Shown here: positions 47,239 through 56,467 of the stretch, in pieces | Position numbering within the stretch: the stretch's first letter is position 1 | How the letters are laid out: every line of letters starts with the position of its first letter | NCBI GenBank assembly: GCA_038204425.1 | Contig: JBBRCZ010000012.1 | Location: forward strand, 35,447 to 99,446 | Direction: 5' to 3' | DNA length: 64,000 nt | Source of the DNA: Spirochaetia bacterium | Lineage (GTDB): Bacteria > Spirochaetota > Spirochaetia > DSM-27196 > Salinispiraceae | Notes under the pieces: model-generated | What the model saw: the letters and a program-made list of their open reading frames with translations, nothing else | Told to the model about the DNA's origin: nothing | Database searches by the model: none | Made by a program: the position numbers and the translations under genes

Positions 47239-49548
47239 TTAGGGCCGACGGTCGGCCGGCAATGCGACTACCAAATCCTTAACGTCTACTTCATATGGCT
47301 TGCCAAAAATCTCTACAGGCACTTTACCACCACGTAGAGTACTAAAAGTAACATTTTGTTTATCAACCTTAACGTTGAGTACCGCGTCTCGATAGAGAAT
47401 TCTAAATGAGAAACCCTTCCAGTCCCTTGGAATTGAAGGATTGAAGCTGAGTACAGGACCATCACTTCTCATGCCACCAAAACCATAGACAACCAAAAGC
47501 CAGGCCGCTGCCATTGCCGTTGTGTGCAGTCCCAAGGCAGTGTTGCGGTTGTAATCATCAAGATCCAAGCGACTAGTATGTAACGAATACTTGTAGGCAT
47601 CTTCGTGCTTGCCAATCTCGGCTGCAACCATTGAGTAGATCGAAGGCGACAGTGACGACTCGTGTATACATCGGCGCTCATAAAACTCATAGTTGGCGAG
47701 TTTGGAAGTCAATGGAAATTCATGGCTAAACAAGAACTGAAAGAGCACCACGTCAGCCTGTTTGATTGGATTCTTTCGGAAAATTCTGTCGTAGGTCCAG
47801 TTACGATAAATTGGGAACTCAGTAACAGGAACTTTGTCCACGTCGACGTGTGGAAGATCAAAGTAACCGTCGTGCTGTTCGTATAGCTCTGTCTTGGGAT
47901 CGTAGTTTATACGCATCTTGTCAGCCTTGTGCTTCCAATCTGCTATCTCTGCCTCGTCAAACGCCACTTTTTTGCTAACTGCTTGCCACTCTGATTTGGC
48001 GACTTGTTTCATTTCGGCGATCACCTCGGCAGTATACAAAAAGGTCTTTTTGGCCAAAAGACAGGTGTAGGTGTTATTGTTGGTAAAAATATGAAACTCA
48101 TCTGGTCCATTTACTGCCCAAAATCCATAGTCACCATTCTTGGGGCTAAAGTCACCGCGAGTTGCCATGTGTCGCGATACTTCGATCAAGATTTCAATGC
48201 CTTCTTTGTATAGGAAGCTCTTATCGCCGGTGATTTTGGTATAGTGCCAAATGCCGTAGAAGACTGCCAATCCAACGTGGATAGCCAAGTCAACGTGCTG
48301 CCAGGTGCCTGAACTCTCACTTCCATCGATGGTACAGAACGGATATTTTGCGCCCTTGCAATCCAAGTCGAGTGCTCGTTGCTTAGCTTGTGGCAAGGTA
48401 TGATGGCGGAAACCTAGCAGATTGCGAGCTGCTTTGGGGTTGTTAAAGAGGTAAAAGGGCAAACAATAGGTTTCGGTGTCCCAGAAAGTCCAGCCGTGAT
48501 ACTCTTCGCCCGTTAGTCCCTTGGCACCAAGGTTAAGGCTTGGATCGACACCATGATAGGTTTGATGCAATTGAAAGATAGAAAAATTGACACCTTGTTG
48601 GTTTTCGTTATCACCATCGATTGTGATACCACACGTTTCCCATGCTTCGTTGTAATAGCCAACGTGACTTGCGAGTTCAAGGTCAAAGCTGGTCTTAAGA
48701 TTGGCCTTGGCAACTGCCAATCCCGACTCCCAGACTTTTTTGCTCTCAGTTCCTTTGATCCGATCAGCGTAGTTGATAACAATCTTGTCCACTATAGAAG
48801 TCTGCCCCTCTTCAAGGGCCAAACTGTAGGCCAAACCAATGTACTTGTCGCGTTGTACGAGTTTAGTCGCTAAGGCATCGGCGCTTGCAAGACGGAACGC
48901 AGAGTATATTTGTTGGCCAGAGTTCTCGGTGATAGCTTGTATGGCAAGCAGACCATCTTTCTCTTCTTTTTTGCTTTCTATCCAATAGTTGTGCTTGAGC
49001 ATTTCGTAAATTGGGTTAAAGTCTAGGCCGGTTTCAACTTCGACTGTGGCCTTGCCAACCAGAGAGGTCATGCTAAGACGTAGACAGCCAAGATTGTGCT
49101 TGATCATGGATACAAACCGCACAAAACTAAGCCTGATCTGTTTGCCTGACTTGGTTTCCCACACAAAACTTCGTTCTAAAGTGCCTTTTTTGAGGTCTAA
49201 GTTGCGTTGGAACTGACTAAATTTGCTTTTTGCCAAGTCAAGTTGTTCGCCGTCAACAATAATGCGCGTATAGAGCCAATCGACTGTATTGACCATAAAG
49301 CACATACGTTCGCTAAAGCCATTAAAGACCTGAGGATGGGGAATAGTTGTTTCTTCATAGAGGCCATTAAAATAGGAGCCTTGCAGACTGTCGCCAGAAT
49401 AACCCTCTTCAAAATAGCCGCGCACTCCCATATATTCATTGCCCAATGAAAAAATGGACTCAGAAACGCGATTGCGCTCCACGTGAAAGCCTTTTTCTAT
49501 CACCGCCCAAGGGTCGACTTCGAGGTAGCGCTCAGGAACTTTTGCCAT
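47239..49548 (-). CDS. Glycoside hydrolase family 65 (maltose/kojibiose/trehalose phosphorylase-like)
   Basis: ESIFSLGNEYMGVRG, GAKGLTGE.Y.G..FWDTE, GPDEFH, IKQADVV, HESSLSP; ATG 49548 with AAGGAG RBS. Confidence 0.94.
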   Translation of the reverse strand: MAKVPERYLEVDPWAVIEKGFHVERNRVSESIFSLGNEYMGVRGYFEEGYSGDSLQGSYFNGLYEETTIPHPQVFNGFSERMCFMVNTVDWLYTRIIVDGEQLDLAKSKFSQFQRNLDLKKGTLERSFVWETKSGKQIRLSFVRFVSMIKHNLGCLRLSMTSLVGKATVEVETGLDFNPIYEMLKHNYWIESKKEEKDGLLAIQAITENSGQQIYSAFRLASADALATKLVQRDKYIGLAYSLALEEGQTSIVDKIVINYADRIKGTESKKVWESGLAVAKANLKTSFDLELASHVGYYNEAWETCGITIDGDNENQQGVNFSIFQLHQTYHGVDPSLNLGAKGLTGEEYHGWTFWDTETYCLPFYLFNNPKAARNLLGFRHHTLPQAKQRALDLDCKGAKYPFCTIDGSESSGTWQHVDLAIHVGLAVFYGIWHYTKITGDKSFLYKEGIEILIEVSRHMATRGDFSPKNGDYGFWAVNGPDEFHIFTNNNTYTCLLAKKTFLYTAEVIAEMKQVAKSEWQAVSKKVAFDEAEIADWKHKADKMRINYDPKTELYEQHDGYFDLPHVDVDKVPVTEFPIYRNWTYDRIFRKNPIKQADVVLFQFLFSHEFPLTSKLANYEFYERRCIHESSLSPSIYSMVAAEIGKHEDAYKYSLHTSRLDLDDYNRNTALGLHTTAMAAAWLLVVYGFGGMRSDGPVLSFNPSIPRDWKGFSFRILYRDAVLNVKVDKQNVTFSTLRGGKVPVEIFGKPYEVDVKDLVVALPADRRP

Positions 49549-49597
49549 GTTAAATATTCTCCTTAATGGACTTGCACTGGACAGCTTTGGCAGCGTC

Positions 49598-49632
49598 ATA
49601 ATAGAAGAATCGTGCTTACTTTTCAACCGGTT
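49598..49632 (-). promoter_or_regulatory. GH65 promoter with overlapping LacI-type operator candidate
   Basis: Minus strand TTGAAA, 17 nt, TATTAT; palindrome AACCGGTT (49625-49632) overlaps the -35. Confidence 0.55.
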
Positions 49633-49757
49633 ATTAGGTTTTTCTGGCTACAAAATCACTTCCCAGCTTAACCAAGCTATATGAGCGGATATACCTAACC
49701 CAAGAAAAAGCAATTTTATTTGACACCAAAAATAGCAAATTTTTTTATACTCGCTCC

Positions 49758-50443
49758 GTGCCCCATAGTCGCCACCTGCTCAAATTGAGGCGTAAAGCTC
49801 CGGTTGAGCCCATACGCAACAACAATCAAGACTTCAGTTGCCTGCCGCAACATATTGGCATCATCATAGACGGCAACGGCCGTTGGGCGCAGAAGCGTTG
49901 CTTGCCGCGTTCATTTGGGCACCAACAAGACCTACAAACCGTTAAGAACATAATCGCAAGCATAGCCGACCTCGGCATCCGTTACGTTTGACTCTACACT
50001 TTTTTAACCGAAAACTGGAAAAGAGACGAACAAGAAGTCAGTTTTCTGATGAAGCTAATCAGTAGTCAACTACGTATTGAGTTTGACTTCTATCGTGACA
50101 AGCAAATCCGCGTGATTCATTTTGGTAGAAGAAATGGACTGCCATCTTCCGTCTTGCAAGAACTCGGCCATAGACCATGGTGGACGTGACGATATCATCC
50201 GTGGTGTACAGACCGTTGTGACTGATCTGGTTAAGAAAGGCGCCGATCTTGCGAGCTCGCTTGAGAAACTCTCGCTTATAGTTGTAGAGGACTTTTGCCA
50301 GAGTCTCGATGCGCCCGAGCTGCCTGATCTCGACCTCATAATTAGTTCGGGTGGTGAGAAGAGAATCTCAAACTTTCTTTTATGGAAAAGTGCTTACGCC
50401 GGGTTACATTTCTCAGATACGCTGTGGCCCGACGTTACCGAGA
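49758..50443 (+). pseudogene. uppS: Degraded undecaprenyl-diphosphate synthase (cis-prenyltransferase)
   Basis: [15 protein letters not shown]; in-frame TGA 49989-49991 (RYV*LYTFLTENWKR); deletion/frameshift near 50165 into AIDHGGRDDII; DLIISSGGEKRISNFLLW...LWPD; C-terminal helix missing. Confidence 0.9.
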
Positions 50444-52561
50444 AAGGCCGCAATCACCCAAGCCTAGTTTTTCTAATTTTAAAGCATGGCATGAAGATAA
50501 GAGCACACAGGATGCAGCCCAAGTAAGATATACTGGCCAGATTCCGCCATCTTCCAGGTGCTCGTGTGTATTTTGCACACCGTCGCTGTGATAAAATTGT
50601 TCACTAGCCCAGCCTTTCTTTCCATAGCCAAATTCGCCATCAAAGCTATTGTGGGTCCTGAGTCCCCATTCAAAAGTGTCAAGCAGACGGCTATGCAGGT
50701 AAGAATCTTGACTCAATTGGTAGGCGTAGAAGATCTCTTCGGTAATTAGGTTGCCCATTTGATGTAGATGAATATTGTGGCTAGAAGTTAAGCTTCCACC
50801 CGAGGAAGGCCAATTGAGTGATTTAAGCGGCTCGTTTTGGTGACGGGTATTGTAGGCAAACTTCCAAGAAAACTCGTAGTGAATCGCATGAAGCAAGCGG
50901 TCCAGAATATGAGCTTGTTTGCTAGATTGATGATAGCATGCAAGCGCTGTTATATAGGCTAGGTTACCTTCTTCATCAACTGCGTCGTTGGCATCAATCG
51001 GTGTACCCCAAGGCTCCAGAGTTTGGAAAAAAGTGTGATAGTACTCAGCCGAGTATTCAAAAGCTTCTTGGTATCGTGCATCTTTGGTGATCGCATAAAG
51101 CTGAGCCAAGGCCGCCAGAAACCAAGCACCTTGAAAGCCGTTGTAAGACAAAACATTTGCATCTAGGTCATAGTAGACGCCAAAGGCGCCGTCATAGCGA
51201 CGTTTATCAATAACCCTATCAAGCAAGGTCTGAACTCGAGTCAAGCACCGTCGCGCCAAGTCGCACGCTGCATGGTCGTTCTTAAATTCTTGCATGATAA
51301 AGCTATACGACTTGAGCAAATAGCAGCTGGCCTGACCGTTTACATAGGCCGAAAAAAACTCTTCCACAGCTTGCCCTGCAGGGTTGTAGTAGCTCAATTT
51401 GCCTTTCCACCACCCCATGATCTGCCATTGATCTGCTTGTTTGGCCTCGTAAAAGAGACCACTGGCTTGATGCAAACCGTGATCGACTAAGTCGTTTATA
51501 AAATCAAGTGCGATCTGCTTGGCACCTTGGACATAAGGACTTGCTCGCAGGAGCGGATAGGCGACTTGCATGCCGCCTGTCCACGAACTGACTCCAAAGT
51601 CCTCTGAAAAACCGGGACTTCCATGAATAACTGGAAATAGATGAAAGCACTTATTGTAACTTGCCATGAGCGCTTCTGCCAAATCTTTAACCGCATCCAG
51701 GTAGCTACCTCGCTTGCCCGGTGCTTGATGCATGCATTGATAGAAGTAAACCAAACAGTCTTCGTAGCCAAAGCGTGCTGGCCAGCCGACTTGCTCTGCT
51801 TCACTTTGTAGGACATTTAGATAGAGCTGGCCACCGATCTGGTAGTTCTGGCCTGCTATCCAATGTGCAGCGGAAAACTGAGCAAGTTCAGTTGTAGCCG
51901 GACTCACGTTGCCATGGTACTTCTTTGGAAAGTGTTGATAGCCAAGCGTCACAACGATTCGATCGAAATGGTCTTTGTTGCTGCAATCCAGACCGAGACC
52001 ACTATATTGAACAAAGTTGCCTAACTCGTCGTAAGTGGCTTCGTCAATGCGAACACCAAAGACACCGTCCTTATGTACCATGACGACCGCATTGTGGCTG
52101 GAGCGGTCAGCTCGTGTTAGATATACCGAGGTTTTGGGCCAAGAAATATCACCATGGTAGTTAAATTGCACCTGCTGACCCTTACAGTTAGCAAGATTGT
52201 TGCTGCCGTACAAGACACCAGGAATCATAAAAAACGGTATCTGCGCCTCGCTTGAACGAAATCTAAAAGCAATCGAGATAATAGCGTCGCAGGTCTTAAT
52301 TGGGTGGGCTTGGATCACATAGCTGTATGCAAAGGCTTTTTGGTGCACAAGCTCGGTAAGCACGATGACCAGAGGTCCAAAGTTGGCATTGTTGAGCTCA
52401 AGCCTAAAGCCTTGGCTATGTGAATCACAGGCGATAGATGTGAATGAGCTGAGCGTGGCCCCATCGTTTAGGGTGACTTCAATCTGTAAAAAAGCGCTGG
52501 AACTTTCCGACAAAAAAAACGAAAAACTATCATTAGCGCCCGATTCTATTCTTGGTTTCAT
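50435..52561 (-). CDS. Hypothetical protein, probable (alpha/alpha)6 glycoside-hydrolase-like fold
   Basis: 708-aa intact ORF, no signal peptide; aromatic-rich helical repeats (LAALAQLYAITKDARY), SWTGG, DAVDEEGNLA. Confidence 0.6.
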   Translation of the reverse strand: MKPRIESGANDSFSFFLSESSSAFLQIEVTLNDGATLSSFTSIACDSHSQGFRLELNNANFGPLVIVLTELVHQKAFAYSYVIQAHPIKTCDAIISIAFRFRSSEAQIPFFMIPGVLYGSNNLANCKGQQVQFNYHGDISWPKTSVYLTRADRSSHNAVVMVHKDGVFGVRIDEATYDELGNFVQYSGLGLDCSNKDHFDRIVVTLGYQHFPKKYHGNVSPATTELAQFSAAHWIAGQNYQIGGQLYLNVLQSEAEQVGWPARFGYEDCLVYFYQCMHQAPGKRGSYLDAVKDLAEALMASYNKCFHLFPVIHGSPGFSEDFGVSSWTGGMQVAYPLLRASPYVQGAKQIALDFINDLVDHGLHQASGLFYEAKQADQWQIMGWWKGKLSYYNPAGQAVEEFFSAYVNGQASCYLLKSYSFIMQEFKNDHAACDLARRCLTRVQTLLDRVIDKRRYDGAFGVYYDLDANVLSYNGFQGAWFLAALAQLYAITKDARYQEAFEYSAEYYHTFFQTLEPWGTPIDANDAVDEEGNLAYITALACYHQSSKQAHILDRLLHAIHYEFSWKFAYNTRHQNEPLKSLNWPSSGGSLTSSHNIHLHQMGNLITEEIFYAYQLSQDSYLHSRLLDTFEWGLRTHNSFDGEFGYGKKGWASEQFYHSDGVQNTHEHLEDGGIWPVYLTWAASCVLLSSCHALKLEKLGLGDCGLSR

Positions 52562-52604
52562 GAATGGCTACTATCATCTAAAAGCCCCAGCAGAATCAAG
52601 CTCG

Positions 52605-54689
52605 TCAAAACAGCCGGTAGCGTCTTTTCTTTTGACTTTTGCAAAAGACATCCACAATCTGGCCAACATTGCGCGCATTCAGGAGAATCTCTTGGTTTTG
52701 TTCTTGTTTGAGCAGACCAGCAACGGCGGCCATACACTGCAAGTGGGGGCCCGAGTTTTCTTGAGGCGATACTATTGCTACAAATATATGGCTGGTCTGA
52801 CCATCAAGGGACTCAAAATCTAGTCCTTCTTTCTTTATGCCTACTGCCATTACCAAGTCTTTAACGCCAGAACTTCTACAATGTGGCATTGCAATGCCAT
52901 TCTGGAGACCAGTCGACATTATATTTTCGCGCGCCAGCAAGGCATCGGCGACTGATTTTCTATTTATGACTCGTGGATTACGGCACAATAGTTCGATCAG
53001 TTCTTGCAAGATAAGATCTTTAGATTGCCCCTGCAGCTCCAGCGAGACCGATATTGGCAAAAGTGCCTTTTGAAAGTCTATGCCTTGACGAGCATTGATG
53101 TCACTCATTTCGTCTGCCAAGAGCTCCGGTTTGACGGCCCGCTTGAGCGCGTGAGAAATAGTGTTCAGTTCCAAAAGTGTTTCGTACATCAGCGTTTTGA
53201 TAAACGGCATGTCTTTTTGTTCGGACTTAAATAAGAGAGATTTCTCATCTACATAGAGAGAAATTGCTATTTTTTCGCGCCTAAAGACATAGCGAACTTC
53301 CTGCGCTTCTATTCGGTGAGCATAGAAGCCTTCGTGTTCAAATAGTGGCAGGAGACTTTGTACAAGTGCTTGACCCAAAATTTTGTCAACCGGTATTTTG
53401 GTCTCCAAAAGCTCCGCGTCAGTGTCGGGCTTTCTTAGTCCAATTCCTGGCAAGCTGAACGCCTTCTGCACCGCAAAAGTTGAAACAATAATAGTAATCA
53501 AGGACATAAAAACTACCACGCCCAAGAGCTCTTTGTCCAAAAATCCACTGCTTATGCCTAGACCCGCTACAATCAGCGCTACTTCCCCGCGTGGAACCAT
53601 GCCAAAGCCGATGCGAGCTGCCCCCTTTAAGTTAAAGCCCAAGAATAATGACGGAATGCCCGATCCAAAAACCTTGCCAACTATTGCCGCCAAGGTATAT
53701 ATCAGTCCAAAGCCAAGTACCGGGAGCGAAAACAGGCTGCTTGGATCTACCAGCATACCCATGATGCCAAAAAAGAGAGGCACCAAAAAATCGCGAAGCT
53801 TCTTGATGCTTTCTTGTATTGCCACACCAACGTCGCTGGCAGACAAGGTCAAACCCATTACATACGCACCAATAATCATAGCAAGTCCAGCGCGTTCAAA
53901 TAGGCCAGACAAGAGCAACGCAAAGCCCAAGCCCAATAGCATAAAGGCCGAAGGTGTCTTAAATCGCTTAAAGAATCGACCAATCACGGGGCTCGCAATT
54001 ATGCCAACTATGGTAAAACCAAGCCAAACCCCAATTGCGCGCAGTGAGATAAAGGTAATGTTTGTTAACGACAGCGCTTCAGCGTTTGCCTGAGCGGTCA
54101 ATACCCCGAGCACCACTGCCAAGACGATGATTCCAAGCACATCGTCAAAAACAGCGGTGGCCATTATGGTAACCCCCTCGGGTGAATCCATCTTACGGGC
54201 GTCCATTAAGTTGCGTGCCGAAACGCCAACTGAGGTGGCCGTTAATATGACTCCCATGATAAGGGCAGATGGGTGCCATGGTGCAACGCCAAGCACAAGC
54301 ACGGTTAAACTGTTTCCCAGTACAAAATCAAAAGTGACTTCCAGTATTCCTATTACGCCACCTCTAAGCGCATATTTCTTAAACAAGCCAAGATCGGTCT
54401 CGAGTCCGGCATTAAAAAGCAGTAGAATTGACGCTAAAGTAGCAAAGCCATAGAGTTCTGGGCTTACTGAAATGGCGCCTTCTGCCAAAGGAAAAATTCC
54501 ATTGGCAAAGCCGGGCAACGACACAGCACCCAAGAGATGCGGCCCGAGCAGAATTCCGGCAGTAATCTCGCCTACAATTCTTGGCAATTTGAATCGTTCA
54601 AACAATCTTCCAAGGAAAAAGGCTCCAAGCACCAAGATACCCAATTGAAAAACAAGACTTACCATCGTGAGCGTCATATTTTCATGCAT
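52605..54689 (-). CDS. CPA2 cation:proton antiporter fused to a PTS EIIA domain
   Basis: GEITAGILLGP, AGLETD, ATSVG, FDDVLG, GMVPRGEV; C-terminal RENIMSTGLQNGIAMPH EIIA phospho-His motif. Confidence 0.92.
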   Translation of the reverse strand: MHENMTLTMVSLVFQLGILVLGAFFLGRLFERFKLPRIVGEITAGILLGPHLLGAVSLPGFANGIFPLAEGAISVSPELYGFATLASILLLFNAGLETDLGLFKKYALRGGVIGILEVTFDFVLGNSLTVLVLGVAPWHPSALIMGVILTATSVGVSARNLMDARKMDSPEGVTIMATAVFDDVLGIIVLAVVLGVLTAQANAEALSLTNITFISLRAIGVWLGFTIVGIIASPVIGRFFKRFKTPSAFMLLGLGFALLLSGLFERAGLAMIIGAYVMGLTLSASDVGVAIQESIKKLRDFLVPLFFGIMGMLVDPSSLFSLPVLGFGLIYTLAAIVGKVFGSGIPSLFLGFNLKGAARIGFGMVPRGEVALIVAGLGISSGFLDKELLGVVVFMSLITIIVSTFAVQKAFSLPGIGLRKPDTDAELLETKIPVDKILGQALVQSLLPLFEHEGFYAHRIEAQEVRYVFRREKIAISLYVDEKSLLFKSEQKDMPFIKTLMYETLLELNTISHALKRAVKPELLADEMSDINARQGIDFQKALLPISVSLELQGQSKDLILQELIELLCRNPRVINRKSVADALLARENIMSTGLQNGIAMPHCRSSGVKDLVMAVGIKKEGLDFESLDGQTSHIFVAIVSPQENSGPHLQCMAAVAGLLKQEQNQEILLNARNVGQIVDVFCKSQKKRRYRLF

Positions 54690-54727
54690 GTCTCATACTA
54701 TGGCAATAGTTACAGGACCACAAGACC

Positions 54728-55804
54728 TCAACGCTGCGAATATGCCAGCTGTCCACAAGCAGCATCAATGCTTGAACCCATGTTAAATCGAACCGTACAT
54801 CGAATGCCGGCGCGTATTATACTTGTTCTAAAGTGTTCCACTTTTTCTTGTGACGAAGGCCCATAAGGGTGAATATGGGGCGCTGCATTGCAAGCGATTA
54901 GGTTGACTTTGAGCCTTCTTCCTCGCAGTAGATCCACAAGATTGTCCGCACTTTGGCGGCTGTCATTTACACCGTCGATCATCAAGTACTCTATCAAGTA
55001 TTCTTTGTTTGATTGTTTAGAAAAAACATCTAACGTCTCCATGACTTGTACTAAGGGTGCAGCCCGTGCACTAGGCATTATTGATTGCCGTGTGCTGTCA
55101 TCACTTCCATGTAAGGAGAGAGCCAAGCCAAGTCCAGGAAAGTCTTTTGCAAACGACGCAATGCCGGCGATGATGCCACACGTCGAGATAGTAATGTGCG
55201 ATCTGGCTATTTGGTACTGATTTGTGTCTACTAGTGCAGAAACGGCACGGCGCACATGGTCAACATTGCACAAAGGTTCGCCCATGCCCATAAAAACCAC
55301 ATTGCGCAGACGATTGCCTTCCGCCCGCAAAATTGCTTGTGCGTGATCAACTTGAGCGAGAATCTCAAGCCAAGTCAAGTTGCGCTTTAGTCCAAGACTT
55401 GCCGTAGCGCAGAACCGACATGCCATCGCGCAGCCGACCTGGCAACTCACACACACAGTGTACCGCCCCGTCCGATGACGCATAATCACCGATTCAAGTT
55501 CTAGATTATCTTGTGTACGCAAAAGCAGCCGGCTTGTATCGCCGGTTTGATTGTCACGGCGAAGCACCTCTTCGAGACGCAAAAATTCCGTTTGACTGTT
55601 AAATAGATCTAAGAAATGTGTGCGCCAACCGGCGTCGAGTGCCCTAAGGTCAGAAACCGTTTTTTGCACATCTGACACGCTTTGCGCACCGAAATGATGA
55701 AGCGACCGCCTGACAGCGGCGAGCACGATTGGGCGCAAACCATTGTCAGGCAGTATACTGGCAAGACCATCGTGATCATGCAGATTAATGCTGCATCGAA
55801 CCAC
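54728..55804 (-). CDS. rlmN: RlmN-family radical SAM RNA methyltransferase (start uncertain)
   Basis: CVSCQVGCAMACRFC, VFMGMGEP, ALSLH, EYLMIDGVND, AACGQL. Confidence 0.88.
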   Translation of the reverse strand: MVRCSINLHDHDGLASILPDNGLRPIVLAAVRRSLHHFGAQSVSDVQKTVSDLRALDAGWRTHFLDLFNSQTEFLRLEEVLRRDNQTGDTSRLLLRTQDNLELESVIMRHRTGRYTVCVSCQVGCAMACRFCATASLGLKRNLTWLEILAQVDHAQAILRAEGNRLRNVVFMGMGEPLCNVDHVRRAVSALVDTNQYQIARSHITISTCGIIAGIASFAKDFPGLGLALSLHGSDDSTRQSIMPSARAAPLVQVMETLDVFSKQSNKEYLIEYLMIDGVNDSRQSADNLVDLLRGRRLKVNLIACNAAPHIHPYGPSSQEKVEHFRTSIIRAGIRCTVRFNMGSSIDAACGQLAYSQR

Positions 55805-56402
55805 GCTGACCCATGTGTCCATTCGCAACGCCATACCAGTCTTTGAGCCAGATTTCCATCTGTTCAATTTCAGCATTCTGGCTTGCAATAATATTATTGA
55901 GAAGCACCTTGAGTTCTGGTCTCTGGGTCAGATTATTGGCAATCGCATTGCGCGCCATCATAACCGCCATTCGGTGGTGCATTATCATGTCCTCCAAAAA
56001 GGATTGATCTGCTCGCTCACTCGAAAACCCTACCGTCGGGCGCATCATGCCACGATAGTTGGCCTTGCTGCTTAAGTTGGGATACCATTCTTTGAGCCAT
56101 GTTTTCATGTCTAGGATTTCTTTGGCTTGGGCATCGACAATCTCTTGGGAAAAATCCTTAAGTTCAGTTCTCTTGGTATTTTTTATTACCAGCAATGCTG
56201 AGCTTACCGCTTCTTCATGATGAGGAACCATTTCTCGCAGGAACTCATACTCATTTGCTATAGCTGACATATGATCGCCCATACCGCCCGTCATTTTATG
56301 ATCCATTTTCTGATCCATTTTCTGGTCCATTTGCTGGCTTTTGCCGGCGCAGGACACTAAAAACACAAGCACCAACAAACCTAGGCCCACTATTTTTTTC
56401 AT
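55785..56402 (-). CDS. DUF305 (CopM-like) Met/His-rich lipoprotein
   Basis: Lipobox LVSC; two copies of FL..M..HH..AV; MDQK/MDHK repeats. Confidence 0.88.
   Translation of the reverse strand: MKKIVGLGLLVLVFLVSCAGKSQQMDQKMDQKMDHKMTGGMGDHMSAIANEYEFLREMVPHHEEAVSSALLVIKNTKRTELKDFSQEIVDAQAKEILDMKTWLKEWYPNLSSKANYRGMMRPTVGFSSERADQSFLEDMIMHHRMAVMMARNAIANNLTQRPELKVLLNNIIASQNAEIEQMEIWLKDWYGVANGHMGQRGSMQH
56292..56332. repeat. 12-bp imperfect tandem repeat x3 (MDQK/MDHK)
   Basis: CATTTTATGATC CATTTTCTGATC CATTTTCTGGTC. Confidence 0.85.
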
Positions 56403-56467
56403 CTAATTTTCTCCTATTTACTTATGCACCAACTAGAGCTGGTGTCTCATAAACAATACTGCGTCAA

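Noticed and set aside
25552..49991. Stop-codon reassignment or selenocysteine suggested by the in-frame TAA (25552) and TGA (49989)
   Set aside because: TAA, TAG and TGA all end conserved genes at expected positions in this window, and the uppS copy carries several other lesions.
46456..56467. Identical 12-mer ATACTGCGTCAA at 46456 and 56456, each upstream of a minus-strand gene
   Set aside because: Many chance 12-mer matches are expected in 64 kb, half of it is a generic -35 element, and the genes are unrelated.
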